Source: a virus
Virus record (IMG/VR): IMGVR_UViG_3300025872_000050
Span: 1 to 64,000 of that record
DNA length: 64,000 bases
Strand: one strand, 5' to 3'
Numbering within the stretch: the stretch's first letter is position 1; each line of letters opens with the position of its first letter. The translations under genes were made by a program, and so were the position numbers. Positions 9,208 through 18,737 of this stretch are shown piece by piece. The notes under the pieces were generated by a model. That model was not told where the DNA came from, made no database searches, and worked only from the letters and a program-made list of their open reading frames with translations.

Positions 9208-11481
9208 ATGGCGTGGGAACCGAGCAAGCATCCGCGCTGGCCGGACGAGACCCCCGGCGGGTTGGGCGGTCAGTTCATGGAGGTCCCAGACCTCTTCGAC
9301 CGCCTCAAGAAGCAAGTCAGTGGCTCCATGAACCTCAACTTCATGCTGACTGGCGGGAAAGGCACACCCCGCGTCAAGCGTCTGGAAGCGAGCCTTCTCG
9401 ACGACAAGCACATCTCAGTGACAGCGAGAGACGGTAAGGCTGTCGTCGGCACCTTCAAGATCAGCCGGACTGCTTCTACTGCAGACGTGATGGACCGATT
9501 GAAGCAGGTCGACGTAGGAGGGAAGCCCGATGGATCAAGCATACCAGCAGAAAAGGTGGATGGGGGTCCCCGCGGCATGCTTGCCGGGGAAGCCGATCCC
9601 GACTCCACCATCAAGCGCTTCGTCACAGCCGCCAAGCAAGTCTTCGGCCACCGCAGCAAAACGCGATCCGAAGTCGTCAGCCACTGGCAAGCGTCCTGGG
9701 ACACGCTGAACGGAGATCAGCGCGCCGCGATCGAAGACTACGTGTTCGGTTCCTCGGACCCAGATGGAGACTTCGAGTCGGACCTGTGGGAGATGGAAGG
9801 CGGCTATCTCGCCGTCTATCAAGACCGCATACGGACTGGCAACGAGGATTCTCTTCATCGGGACGACCTTCGCGCAGCTGCTTATCTCGATGAAGCGATC
9901 AAGCAGCACGCACGAACACCGGAGATGCAGGTGTACCGCTTGGTAGACCATAACGTCGTATTGCAGGAAGGCTTCGAGTTCACCGATCCGGGCTTCATGA
10001 GCACCACCGTCGGGATCGACAATCTTGAGATGGTCGCAGACTGGGTCGCGCACGGACAGGCACCGTCAACGCTCATGGTCATCAATCTTCCTGAGGGCAG
10101 TGAAGCCGCGCTTCTACGAGACACCGTGCCTGAGTTCATGCCAATGGAAGTCGTCGCAGATGAGGTGCTCATCCAACGCAACTCGACCTTCCGAGTTGAC
10201 AGCGTTCGGTGGAGTGAGCAGCTGAAGGTTCATGTGGCTGAACTCTCCCTGATCGGACAGGGCATGGGGATCTTCGAACCCGCATCAGATCAAGAGTGGG
10301 TCGACCCGCCTGCCCCTCGCGGCAAGAACAAAGGTCGAGGCGGCGCTGGCGGCTACACGTCCGACCACGCTGAGACGACGCTGACCGACCTGGGACGCGA
10401 GGGCGAGCTGCTCTTCGCGAAGCTCACCGGCGGCGAGGTGCTGCACCCGCCGGGCAGAGGCGAGCAGAGCCCGCTTGACGTTCGCGTCGGCGACAAGGCG
10501 TACGAGGTCAAGACGGTCAGCGCGGACTCGACCAGCTACAAGGCGACGCCCAAGCCGCACGAGATCTCAGCCAAGGAGGCGCATGCGAAGGAGCTCGGCG
10601 TGGAACCCGCCCTCGCTATCGTGGTCGTCGATCGCGAAGCTGGAACAGCGAAGGTGTACGAGCGCGACGGGCTCAAGGGAGGCAGGCTCTCCAAGAACAC
10701 GGGCTGGCGATACATGGGCGAGGTCGAGCTCCGCGTCGACACGCAGCAGAAGTACCTAGGCCCAGACGGCATGTACGAGGACGCGCGCGTGCGCGAGATC
10801 CACGACCCGATCGTCCGCCACTTCCTGGAGGGGCACAAGAAGGCCAAGGGCACGCCGAAGACGCTGTTCATGGCCGGCGGTTCGGGATCCGGCAAGAGCA
10901 CAGTCCGCGACGGGCTCGAGGACAAGCCGGACGACGCTGTGATCGTGGACCCGGACGCCATCAAGGAGATGCTCCCCGAGTACCAGGAGATGGTCCAGGA
11001 GGGAGACAAGCGCGCGGCCAAGCTGGTGCACGAGGAGTCGAGCGACATCGCCAAGCGTCTCATGGAGGAGGCCAACAAGCGCGGCTTCAACGTGATCATC
11101 GACGGCACCGGCGACAGCGAGCCCGGCAAGTTCTCCGGCAAGGTCGACGCCGCCAAGGCCGCAGGCCGTGACGTCAAGGTCGTGCTCGTGGACATCGACA
11201 CAGAAGAGGCGATCAAGCGCGCGATGGATCGCGCTAAGGAAACGGGACGGCGCGTACCGCCGAGCGAGATCAAGGCGATCCACGAAGCGGTGGCCGCGCG
11301 CTACCTCGAGTGGCGAGACAAGGTGGATGACTGGGAGGTGTGGGTCAACGATGGAGACTTCACGGAGCCGCCAAGGCTCATCGCGAGACGGATCGGCGGC
11401 GGGGCGATTGAAGTCATCGATCCTGCGCGTCACACGCGGATCATCAAGAAAGCAGGATCAGGAGCCGCCACAGGAGCCTGA
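9208..11481 (+). CDS. Multi-domain head-associated toxin/effector: HPRW tag + ADP-ribosyltransferase + PD-(D/E)xK nuclease + zeta-toxin-like kinase
   Basis: ART R-S-E motifs (VYRL, FMSTT, DEVL); GREGE..PLDV..YEVKT; MAGGSGSGKST..DPDAIK..HEESS..IIDGT; occupies the MuF position after the portal. Confidence 0.8.
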   Translation: MAWEPSKHPRWPDETPGGLGGQFMEVPDLFDRLKKQVSGSMNLNFMLTGGKGTPRVKRLEASLLDDKHISVTARDGKAVVGTFKISRTASTADVMDRLKQVDVGGKPDGSSIPAEKVDGGPRGMLAGEADPDSTIKRFVTAAKQVFGHRSKTRSEVVSHWQASWDTLNGDQRAAIEDYVFGSSDPDGDFESDLWEMEGGYLAVYQDRIRTGNEDSLHRDDLRAAAYLDEAIKQHARTPEMQVYRLVDHNVVLQEGFEFTDPGFMSTTVGIDNLEMVADWVAHGQAPSTLMVINLPEGSEAALLRDTVPEFMPMEVVADEVLIQRNSTFRVDSVRWSEQLKVHVAELSLIGQGMGIFEPASDQEWVDPPAPRGKNKGRGGAGGYTSDHAETTLTDLGREGELLFAKLTGGEVLHPPGRGEQSPLDVRVGDKAYEVKTVSADSTSYKATPKPHEISAKEAHAKELGVEPALAIVVVDREAGTAKVYERDGLKGGRLSKNTGWRYMGEVELRVDTQQKYLGPDGMYEDARVREIHDPIVRHFLEGHKKAKGTPKTLFMAGGSGSGKSTVRDGLEDKPDDAVIVDPDAIKEMLPEYQEMVQEGDKRAAKLVHEESSDIAKRLMEEANKRGFNVIIDGTGDSEPGKFSGKVDAAKAAGRDVKVVLVDIDTEEAIKRAMDRAKETGRRVPPSEIKAIHEAVAARYLEWRDKVDDWEVWVNDGDFTEPPRLIARRIGGGAIEVIDPARHTRIIKKAGSGAATGA

Positions 11482-11575
11482 GTACATCGACGAGGTCCCG
11501 TTCGACGTCGCTGAGTGGGGCGATCGCCCTCTGAGGTCGCCGCTCTTCCCCGACGACAGCTACGAGCGAAACTGA

Positions 11576-11612
11576 GATAATCGGTTTCGGTAAATAACCG
11601 ACTGAGTAAACT
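11576..11612 (+). promoter_or_regulatory. Repeated intergenic motif A, copy 1
   Basis: gataatcggtttcggtaaataaccgactgagtaaact; near-identical to 56192-56228. Confidence 0.7.
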
Positions 11613-11622
11613 GGAGGACGCG

Positions 11623-11877
11623 ATGCCGAGAGCGACAGCGTGTCCCGCGGCCGAGATCAAGCACCCGGTCACGTCGCGGAACCGAGACGATGTCCTGTGC
11701 AGGATCCAGGGCCACATGCAGCCCTTGGAGGGGTCCAAGTGCCAGCGCGACTACTTCGAGTGCGGCATCTGGCGTCGCGAGCAGGACCGAGTCCGGTTCT
11801 TCGCTCGCCACAACAGGGTCGCGCCGAAGACGCGCGAGCCGCGCAAGGTCGAGGAGATCGTGGGGCCGAAGCTGTGA
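11623..11877 (+). CDS. Small Cys-rich hypothetical protein
   Basis: GGAGG RBS; four Cys residues. Confidence 0.65.
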   Translation: MPRATACPAAEIKHPVTSRNRDDVLCRIQGHMQPLEGSKCQRDYFECGIWRREQDRVRFFARHNRVAPKTREPRKVEEIVGPKL

Positions 11878-12158
11878 CCGAGAAGGCCAAGCCCAAGTCG
11901 CTCGTCAAGCGGGACCCCGTGCCGGTTCGCAAGCCGCTCGAGGACGAGCTCCTCGCGTTCGTCTCTCGAAGCAACACGCCGTTGGTGCAGGGCCGTACGA
12001 TCACCTGCCCAGCCTGTGAGCGCTCGAACGACGTGCTCGCCTTCACGCCGCTGCAACACTCGTCCAAGTACGCATCGCAAGTCATCGTCCCGATCAAGTG
12101 TCCCGAGCCGGACTGCAGGCACACGTTCGCGCTGCACCCCAACCCGGGCTCGGAGTAG
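11874..12158 (+). CDS. Small zinc-ribbon protein
   Basis: GTGA overlap; CPAC...CPEPDC. Confidence 0.6.
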   Translation: MTEKAKPKSLVKRDPVPVRKPLEDELLAFVSRSNTPLVQGRTITCPACERSNDVLAFTPLQHSSKYASQVIVPIKCPEPDCRHTFALHPNPGSE

Positions 12159-12172
12159 CTACAGGAGGCCTC

Positions 12173-15100
12173 ATGACGGACTTGAACCTCGGCGATCCGC
12201 CGGGCACAGGCGGAGCATCCCAGAAGGAGATCCGCGGCCCGCTCAAGTACATCGTCCGCTCAGCGCACAAGTGGGGCGGCAACGGCCGCATCCCGAAGTT
12301 CCACAAGATCAAGCGCGTGCTCGAGACTCGGCATCCCGAGGTCATCGCGCGCGGGTTCGGCGGAGACCCCGATCGCGCAGCGGGCTGGCTCAAGGACGCC
12401 TGGTACAAGTACTGGGGCATCAGCGTCAAGGGCAAGCACGGCGCAGGCCCGACCTACTGGCGCGGCAAGGGCAAGACGACGCGCGTCGCAGCCGCAACTC
12501 GCGAGAAGATGAAGGGGGAGCTGATGAAGGCAAGCGTCGAAGCTCCCGAGGGCTTCTTCGACGGCATCGACGCGGAGCTCTGGCTCGAGAGCTCCGTCGC
12601 GACCAAGAAGGACGGCCTCGTCTGGCTCGAGGCCACGCGAACCGGGACATGGGAGCGCAACCCCGTGGCCGGCGCCCGCGGGCCGCTGAAGATCGACTTC
12701 GATCTGCTGGCCGAGATCAAGCGCAACTTCGACGAGGGAGCGTGGGAGCACGTCACGGTGCCGCTCGAGCATCCTCGCACCGAGGTCGACGAGCTGCTCC
12801 GCAACACGGGCCACGTGCGGGCGGTCAAGGTCGTCGCGGATCCTCAGCGGCCGGGCCACCACATCCTCCTGACCGGAGTCGAGTTCACCGAGCCCGACGC
12901 CGAGGGTCGCGTGCTCCGGGGCACGATCCCGGGTCGGTCGGTCGGCGTGTCGCTCTCCGGCGTGACCCGGCACAAGGACGGGAAGCGCTTCAAGAACGTC
13001 CTCAAGCATCTCGCGCTCACGGCCAAGCCCGTGATCGACGGGCTCAAGGTCGGGGCGGCTGACCCCGGGCAGTACGAGGAGCTCATGGCCTCGATCAGCT
13101 ACGAGCTCTCGGACGAGCCCGAGGAGCTCGACATCGAGACCGCTCTGGAGGCTGACTCCGACGACGAGCTGCTCGAAGAGGCCCTCGTCAAGATGCTCGA
13201 GGAGGAGGAGATCGACGTCGAGGACGCGGACGAGGTCCCGACCGCAGAGATCGACGGCGAAGACCTGCCCGAGGACGAGGAGCCGCTCGAGCTGTCCTGG
13301 TACGATCCGACGCCGCGCGACACGCTCGAGGACTCGGACTTCGCGGCCGTCTGGACCGAGGACGGCAAGCAGTACCGCAAGCTGCCATACAAGCAGCACG
13401 GGAAGCTGAACAAGCGCGGCGTGCGAGCCGCTCTGCTCCTGTTCTCCAAGACGCGTATGCCCGCGAGCGTCAAGGCCAAGGCGGCCGCCGCTCTTGCCAA
13501 GGCTGCGGCAGAGCTCGAGCTCAAGAGCACGCTCACCGCGTCGGTGGACGAGTTCCTCGCCGAGCTCGAGACCAGCTACAATGACTCGCCCATGCTCGAC
13601 CGCCCTCGGATCAGCGGCTTCGGCGGCGGGTCGAGCGACCTCGAGTTCCCGTCCAGCGTCAACCATCGTGAGGCGGAGTCGCTCGCTCGCTCGTGCGCTA
13701 ACTGCGAGTACTACTACGAGGGCGACGTCTGTGGACGGTTCGGCCTGGACACGCAGGCCGACGACGTCTGTGACGACCTCCAGCAGGTCGGCGTGACGGT
13801 GAACTTCAGCCAGCAGCCGCTGATCCGCGTCAAGAAGGAGGTCGTCCTTCGGCTCGCGGTGCCGGGCGTCTGGGAGCCGAGCAAGCATCCGCGCTGGCCC
13901 AAGGACGCACCGCTAGGCAAGGGCGGCGAGTTCATGGAGACGATCGACATCCTCGACACCCTGCGCAAGCAGATCTCGGGGCTGCTGAACGTCACGCACC
14001 TGGCGAAGGGCTCGAAGGTCATCGACCGCGTCGTGCTCGACAGTCATCCTCAGGTGGACCTCAACAAGGGCGCGATCGGGTCCACGGGTGTGCCAGGTCG
14101 CGGAAGCATCGTCCGTGTCAAGATCGACGGGAAGGGCAAGTCGCTGTCGCGCACTTACCCTCGCAAGGACTTCACTGTCGAAAAGCTCCTGGCCGACCTC
14201 AAGGCGTTCGACAACTCCGGTGGGACGAGCCTCGACGCTCCCAAGCCGTTCAAGCCTCAGCAGAACGGGCAGGAGCTGCTTCAGCGGATCACAGCGGCCG
14301 CACGAGTCGGCGAGACGTTCACCGACTGGCCCCAGGACGACCCTGACGGTCAGCCGTTCATCGAGATCGACGACAAGACGTGGTGGCTCGAAGCCTGGGA
14401 CGGCCGCACAGCTACGCTGACGGACGAGGGCGGCGAGCAGAAGTGGCTGACCAAGGATCAGATCAGCGCTATCGTGATGCCCAAGTCGGACGCGTCGCGT
14501 GACCCGATGCGCAACGCGATCCCGGTCGGCAAGCGCGTCACGATGCGCTTCGAGAAGCGGCGGCTCGACGATCCCGAGATGCGCCGCGGCACGGTCGTCG
14601 AGGTACGCCCTGGCGACCAGCGTGACCCGCGCGTCGGCACGGTCGTCGAGTGGGACCACGCTCCCGGCCAACAGCGCGAGTACCGCATGGGCGAGGTCCG
14701 CGAGCTTCGCGAGGGTGAGGACGTGCCGAAGTTCGACTCCGACAAGCCGATCCGCGCGAAGTCGTCGGGCAAGACGCTCGCGGACTTCAAGCCCGGCGAT
14801 ATCGTGATGCTGGGCGGTCGCGACCACACGACGCCGCGCGAGCAGAAGCGCATGGCCGAAGGTTGGGCACTGCTGAACGGGCCGCATCAGATCCTGGGCA
14901 CGGCGCCGAGTGGCGTCCGCGTCAAGCACCTGGAGTCCGGCCACGAGTACACGCGCCTCCCGATCAACTCCGCCACGCTGATGCCGCCGGGGCAGATCGA
15001 CTCGCTCAAGCTCCCCGGCCGGCGCAACCGCAAGGGCGAGGTCGGCACGGGCCTCACCGAGTGGGACATCTTCGAGAAGCCCAAGTACGAGAAGCGCAAG

Positions 15101-16927
15101 GCGGAGGCCAAGAAGCTGCGGCCCAAGGGCGCTACCGAGGTCGTCATGACGACTCGCGGTCCTCAGCGGGTGCGTCCGCCGTTCGACAGCTCGCGCGAGG
15201 TCGCCGCTGTCAGCGCCTGGAAGACCCCGGGTGGGGAGCAGATCAAGGCCAAGCACGTCTCGCGCTTCAAGTACGAGGTCTCGATCGGCAGGGAGGGCGG
15301 CTTCCACATCACCGCCCGCAACAAGACCGAGGCGAGAGACCTCTTCAAGGAGGGCATGGCCCGCGGCGACTGGGGCAACACGTGGAAGGAGCGCTACCTC
15401 GGGAAGAGCGTGCTGCCGTTCGACGACGCCAAGGAGCCCGAGCACCCCGAGATCGCGGCGGTGCGCAAGGCGATCAAGAAGCGCGAGCGCGAGCTTCTCA
15501 AGCAGTACGAGGTGGTCGACGAGGACGATAAGGAGCTCAAGCGGCTCCGCAACAAGCTCCGCCGCATGACCGCTCCCGAGAAGGCCCCGTTCACGGTCTA
15601 CACCAAGGCGCGCAAGGAGCGGGACCTCGAGAAGGGCAACCAGATCATCCGCAACAAGCTCGGTCGCGCCGGCAACCGCCCGCCTCGCCAGGTGCGCATG
15701 CCCTGGACGCCTCCCACGATGGAGGACAAGATCGGCTCGGTCTACCTCCACGAGGAGATCGTGGGTACGCGGTCGAGGTTCTTCGCCCGCATCTCGCTCA
15801 AGAACGGCACGACGTACGACGTCGACATCCCCGCGGAGGACCTCTACCGTGGCGGCGACTACGTCCGTTCCCGCATGGACGAGCTCAATGCCCGTCGGCA
15901 GCGCGTGGGCGAGGCAGCGGTCAGCAACCTCAACCCGCGGTACGCCGACGTAGACAGCAAGACGCTCGCGAAGTGGCTCCGCTACTGGACGCGCCAGGGC
16001 AACAACCAGGACGAGGTCGCGTCCCTCAACAAGGAGCTCGCGGCTCGCAAGGCCACCGGAGCTGTGGAAGGCGACTTCGGGCTCAGGCGGCAGCTCGGGA
16101 AGATCAACGCGGGACGGCTCGAGGCGGCCCGTGCGGCGCTCAACCCCGAGTGGAAGGACGTCGACGACCGGACGCTGACCAAGTGGATGCGGTACTGGGC
16201 ACGCAAGAAGGACCAGAACGCGGTCAAGAAGCACGAGCTTGAGCTCGAGAGCCGGCGCATCATCCGCAACATGGAGGGCGACGGCGCTCTCGCTGAGGCC
16301 CTGAGCGGGCTCGGCGTTCCGGTCGACAGCTCCAAGTACCCGTCCTGGACGGCTGAGAGCAAGGTCGTCGAGCATCTCAAGACGAGCCCCGGCGGCACCG
16401 CGTACGAGGTGCTGAAGGCCGTCGGTCTGGACCCGTACGACCCCAACAACAAGTCGATGCTCAAGGACCTCGCAGATCGCGGCGTGCTCAAGACAGGCAT
16501 CGCCTTCGTCGGTGAGCGGCGGTTCAGGGAGACGACGTACAGCCACAACCCCTACTACGAGGACCCGAACACGCCGCCGGCGATCCCGGACGAGTACGCG
16601 CTTCGCGAGCCCGAGTACTCGAACGACGGCCTGCGCAAGGCGGCCCGGTTCCACGGCATCACGCCCGACAACCCGCAGGTCGGCGACGGGAGCGCGCCGG
16701 ACTACTCCTACGAGACGCTGCAGGACAAGCTGATGAGCGACGGGTTCCCCGTCCCGCTCAGCAAGGCGAGCGAGGCGCAGCTGCGGCAGTGGGCCGCAGC
16801 TCTCATGGAGTCGCTCCAGGACGAGTACGACCGTGGCGACGCGGACTGGGGTCGCGGCGAGGAGCGTCGCAAGCTCCTGGCGGCGGTGCTCACGGAGCTC
16901 AACAAGAGGTTCGTCCCAAAAGCGTAA
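12173..16927 (+). CDS. Prohead protease (Mu I-like) fused to a long multi-domain cargo polyprotein
   Basis: AGGAGG before ATG 12173; protease motifs 'IKRNF..VPLEH..NTGHV..VEFTEP..RSVG..LKHLALTAKPVIDGL'; then acidic linker, Cys4 motif, HPRW tag, SH3-like segments, repeats and a wHTH-like segment. Confidence 0.75.
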   Translation: MTDLNLGDPPGTGGASQKEIRGPLKYIVRSAHKWGGNGRIPKFHKIKRVLETRHPEVIARGFGGDPDRAAGWLKDAWYKYWGISVKGKHGAGPTYWRGKGKTTRVAAATREKMKGELMKASVEAPEGFFDGIDAELWLESSVATKKDGLVWLEATRTGTWERNPVAGARGPLKIDFDLLAEIKRNFDEGAWEHVTVPLEHPRTEVDELLRNTGHVRAVKVVADPQRPGHHILLTGVEFTEPDAEGRVLRGTIPGRSVGVSLSGVTRHKDGKRFKNVLKHLALTAKPVIDGLKVGAADPGQYEELMASISYELSDEPEELDIETALEADSDDELLEEALVKMLEEEEIDVEDADEVPTAEIDGEDLPEDEEPLELSWYDPTPRDTLEDSDFAAVWTEDGKQYRKLPYKQHGKLNKRGVRAALLLFSKTRMPASVKAKAAAALAKAAAELELKSTLTASVDEFLAELETSYNDSPMLDRPRISGFGGGSSDLEFPSSVNHREAESLARSCANCEYYYEGDVCGRFGLDTQADDVCDDLQQVGVTVNFSQQPLIRVKKEVVLRLAVPGVWEPSKHPRWPKDAPLGKGGEFMETIDILDTLRKQISGLLNVTHLAKGSKVIDRVVLDSHPQVDLNKGAIGSTGVPGRGSIVRVKIDGKGKSLSRTYPRKDFTVEKLLADLKAFDNSGGTSLDAPKPFKPQQNGQELLQRITAAARVGETFTDWPQDDPDGQPFIEIDDKTWWLEAWDGRTATLTDEGGEQKWLTKDQISAIVMPKSDASRDPMRNAIPVGKRVTMRFEKRRLDDPEMRRGTVVEVRPGDQRDPRVGTVVEWDHAPGQQREYRMGEVRELREGEDVPKFDSDKPIRAKSSGKTLADFKPGDIVMLGGRDHTTPREQKRMAEGWALLNGPHQILGTAPSGVRVKHLESGHEYTRLPINSATLMPPGQIDSLKLPGRRNRKGEVGTGLTEWDIFEKPKYEKRKAEAKKLRPKGATEVVMTTRGPQRVRPPFDSSREVAAVSAWKTPGGEQIKAKHVSRFKYEVSIGREGGFHITARNKTEARDLFKEGMARGDWGNTWKERYLGKSVLPFDDAKEPEHPEIAAVRKAIKKRERELLKQYEVVDEDDKELKRLRNKLRRMTAPEKAPFTVYTKARKERDLEKGNQIIRNKLGRAGNRPPRQVRMPWTPPTMEDKIGSVYLHEEIVGTRSRFFARISLKNGTTYDVDIPAEDLYRGGDYVRSRMDELNARRQRVGEAAVSNLNPRYADVDSKTLAKWLRYWTRQGNNQDEVASLNKELAARKATGAVEGDFGLRRQLGKINAGRLEAARAALNPEWKDVDDRTLTKWMRYWARKKDQNAVKKHELELESRRIIRNMEGDGALAEALSGLGVPVDSSKYPSWTAESKVVEHLKTSPGGTAYEVLKAVGLDPYDPNNKSMLKDLADRGVLKTGIAFVGERRFRETTYSHNPYYEDPNTPPAIPDEYALREPEYSNDGLRKAARFHGITPDNPQVGDGSAPDYSYETLQDKLMSDGFPVPLSKASEAQLRQWAAALMESLQDEYDRGDADWGRGEERRKLLAAVLTELNKRFVPKA

Positions 16928-16945
16928 GCCCGGCTGAGATCGGGC
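16915..16945 (+). other. Putative programmed -1 ribosomal frameshift site
   Basis: In-phase C CCA AAA (16915-16921), 6-nt spacer, hairpin GCCCGG-ctgaga-TCGGGC; the -1 frame is open to 18567. Confidence 0.65.
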
Positions 16946-18567
16946 CCATCGACCAAGCGAGGCCGCCTGACGTCCCGTGGGTTCACGGGGAGCGTGACGT
17001 GGCCCCGCTAGAGCCGATCGACAACGCTCTCAGGAGAGCTTCCATCTGGGTCGACGGGCTGAGCCGCTTCATGGCTCTCGACATCTACGTCGACCTGCGC
17101 GAGGAGAAGGGCTACTCCCCGGACGAGGGGATCCGCGAAGAGGACAAGCCGATCCTGCTGGCGCGGTACCGCGTCTGGCTTCTGCAGAACGGCGTCACCG
17201 CTGAGGGCATCAGGGCCCTGGATCGCAGCGAGATCACGTTCGACGAGGCCAAGATCGACCGGACCTACATGAACGTGATGCAGCTTCCCGACGACCCGCG
17301 CCTCTCGCCCAAGGCCACCGCACGAAGGCAGGGCAAGGCGTTCCGCGGGACGGCGAGCAAGGGCCGGTTCACCGCTCGCTCGGTGACGAAGCCGCATCAG
17401 CACCACCTGTTGACGGTCAAGACGCCTCAGTTCGACAAGTCCACGATGCCGCAGTTCGATGAGGCGAAGGTTGGCTTGGACCCCAAGCCGATGGACGAGG
17501 GCCTCATCCCAGCGCACATCAAGGACGACGTCTACTTCAACGTCGCGACCATGGTCGAGCACGCAGAGGTTGACCAGCCTACGTTGGTGCGGTGGGTCGC
17601 GTACTGGAGAAAAGAGGCGCGCAAGGCCGAACGTGCGCTCAGCGCAGATCCGCGAAACCTCCAGCACGCGGACGACTACGACTACGCGATGTCCGCAGTC
17701 AAGTCCCTACTTGCACTGATGTACGCGAAGGGGTACAATGTCACATATGAGCTTGATCCTGACAACGTGTTCCTCGCTCCCCTCGTCAAGCTCCAGCGCC
17801 AGGCTGAGAAGGCCATCGACAACGGCGACATCGGGCAGTTCAACCAGTACCTCGACGAGCTCGATCGCCGAGCTCAGGAAGACCCAGTCTTCATGAACGT
17901 GGTCTCGACCACCCTCGGCACGCTCAACGACGAGTGGCGCAGCTGGGCGGACGACATCAGGTGGGGCTACGTGCATCAGACCGACGTGCTCGGCAACGCC
18001 GCTCCGACGCTGAACAGGATCGGCCTCAGCCCCGGTGAGAGCGGGATGCACGCGACCGCGATCCACGAGCTCGGCCACATGCTCGACTACAGGCTCGGCT
18101 CCCTCCTCTTGGAGGAGAGGCTGGGTCAGATCAGGCTGATCACGCGAGAGGCGCTCTCAGAGGTCCCGCTGGACGTCTTGAACCACTACCACACGCGGCT
18201 CGGGCGTGCGATGCGAGACTGGAAGGAGATCGCCAACTTCAAGCGCTTCACGATCAAGCACCTCGAGCCGGCCATCGGCAAGAAGGACGCCGAGTACCTC
18301 ATGCGCTGGCGCGAGATCTGGGCCCGAGCCATGGAGATGTACGCGGCTCAGACCCTCGGCGGCCAGTGGAAGCGAGACCTCGACAACAAGCGCGCACGCT
18401 ACGGCGAGGTCGGCTTCGAAGCGATCTACTGGAACCCCGAGGGCGACGAGTGGAAGGACCTGTTCGAGGCCATCCAAGAAGTGCTCGACGCCGCCGGCAT
18501 CGAGCTGACGGCCGTTCAGGTCGGTGAGTTCAGCATCCCAGTCCTGCGCATCAGGAGGAGGTCGTGA
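16921..18567 (+). CDS. HExxH zincin / LPD1-like polyvalent-protein domain, probably the frameshift extension of the protease polyprotein
   Basis: 'IHELGHMLD', 'YLMRWREIWARAMEMY', 'YWNPEGDE..LFEAIQEVL'; no convincing RBS and start of its own. Confidence 0.65.
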   Translation, partial: SVSPAEIGPIDQARPPDVPWVHGERDVAPLEPIDNALRRASIWVDGLSRFMALDIYVDLREEKGYSPDEGIREEDKPILLARYRVWLLQNGVTAEGIRALDRSEITFDEAKIDRTYMNVMQLPDDPRLSPKATARRQGKAFRGTASKGRFTARSVTKPHQHHLLTVKTPQFDKSTMPQFDEAKVGLDPKPMDEGLIPAHIKDDVYFNVATMVEHAEVDQPTLVRWVAYWRKEARKAERALSADPRNLQHADDYDYAMSAVKSLLALMYAKGYNVTYELDPDNVFLAPLVKLQRQAEKAIDNGDIGQFNQYLDELDRRAQEDPVFMNVVSTTLGTLNDEWRSWADDIRWGYVHQTDVLGNAAPTLNRIGLSPGESGMHATAIHELGHMLDYRLGSLLLEERLGQIRLITREALSEVPLDVLNHYHTRLGRAMRDWKEIANFKRFTIKHLEPAIGKKDAEYLMRWREIWARAMEMYAAQTLGGQWKRDLDNKRARYGEVGFEAIYWNPEGDEWKDLFEAIQEVLDAAGIELTAVQVGEFSIPVLRIRRRS

Positions 18568-18735
18568 GTGGAACTTCGTTTGCCTCCAGAGTCTTCGGTC
18601 GAAGACGTGATCGACGAACAGGGGAACCCGATGCCGGTGCCGCAGGACGACTGGCCGCTGCCGACGGGCCCCTACAAGCCTTCGCCCAAGACGGGCGAGG
18701 ATCCCGACCCGACGAACCCACGGAAGGAGGTGTAA
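18568..18735 (+). CDS. Small acidic Pro-rich protein (55 aa, absent from the ORF track)
   Basis: AGGAGGAGG before GTG 18568; MELRLPPESSVEDVIDEQG...RKEV*; fills the gap exactly. Confidence 0.55.
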   Translation: MELRLPPESSVEDVIDEQGNPMPVPQDDWPLPTGPYKPSPKTGEDPDPTNPRKEV

Positions 18736-18737
18736 CC

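Noticed and set aside
11440-11575. Possible antitoxin ORF or +1 extension overlapping the end of the zeta domain (..QEPEYIDEVPFDVAEW..)
   Set aside because: Looks protein-like, but has no start codon with an RBS and no clear shift site; cannot be supported
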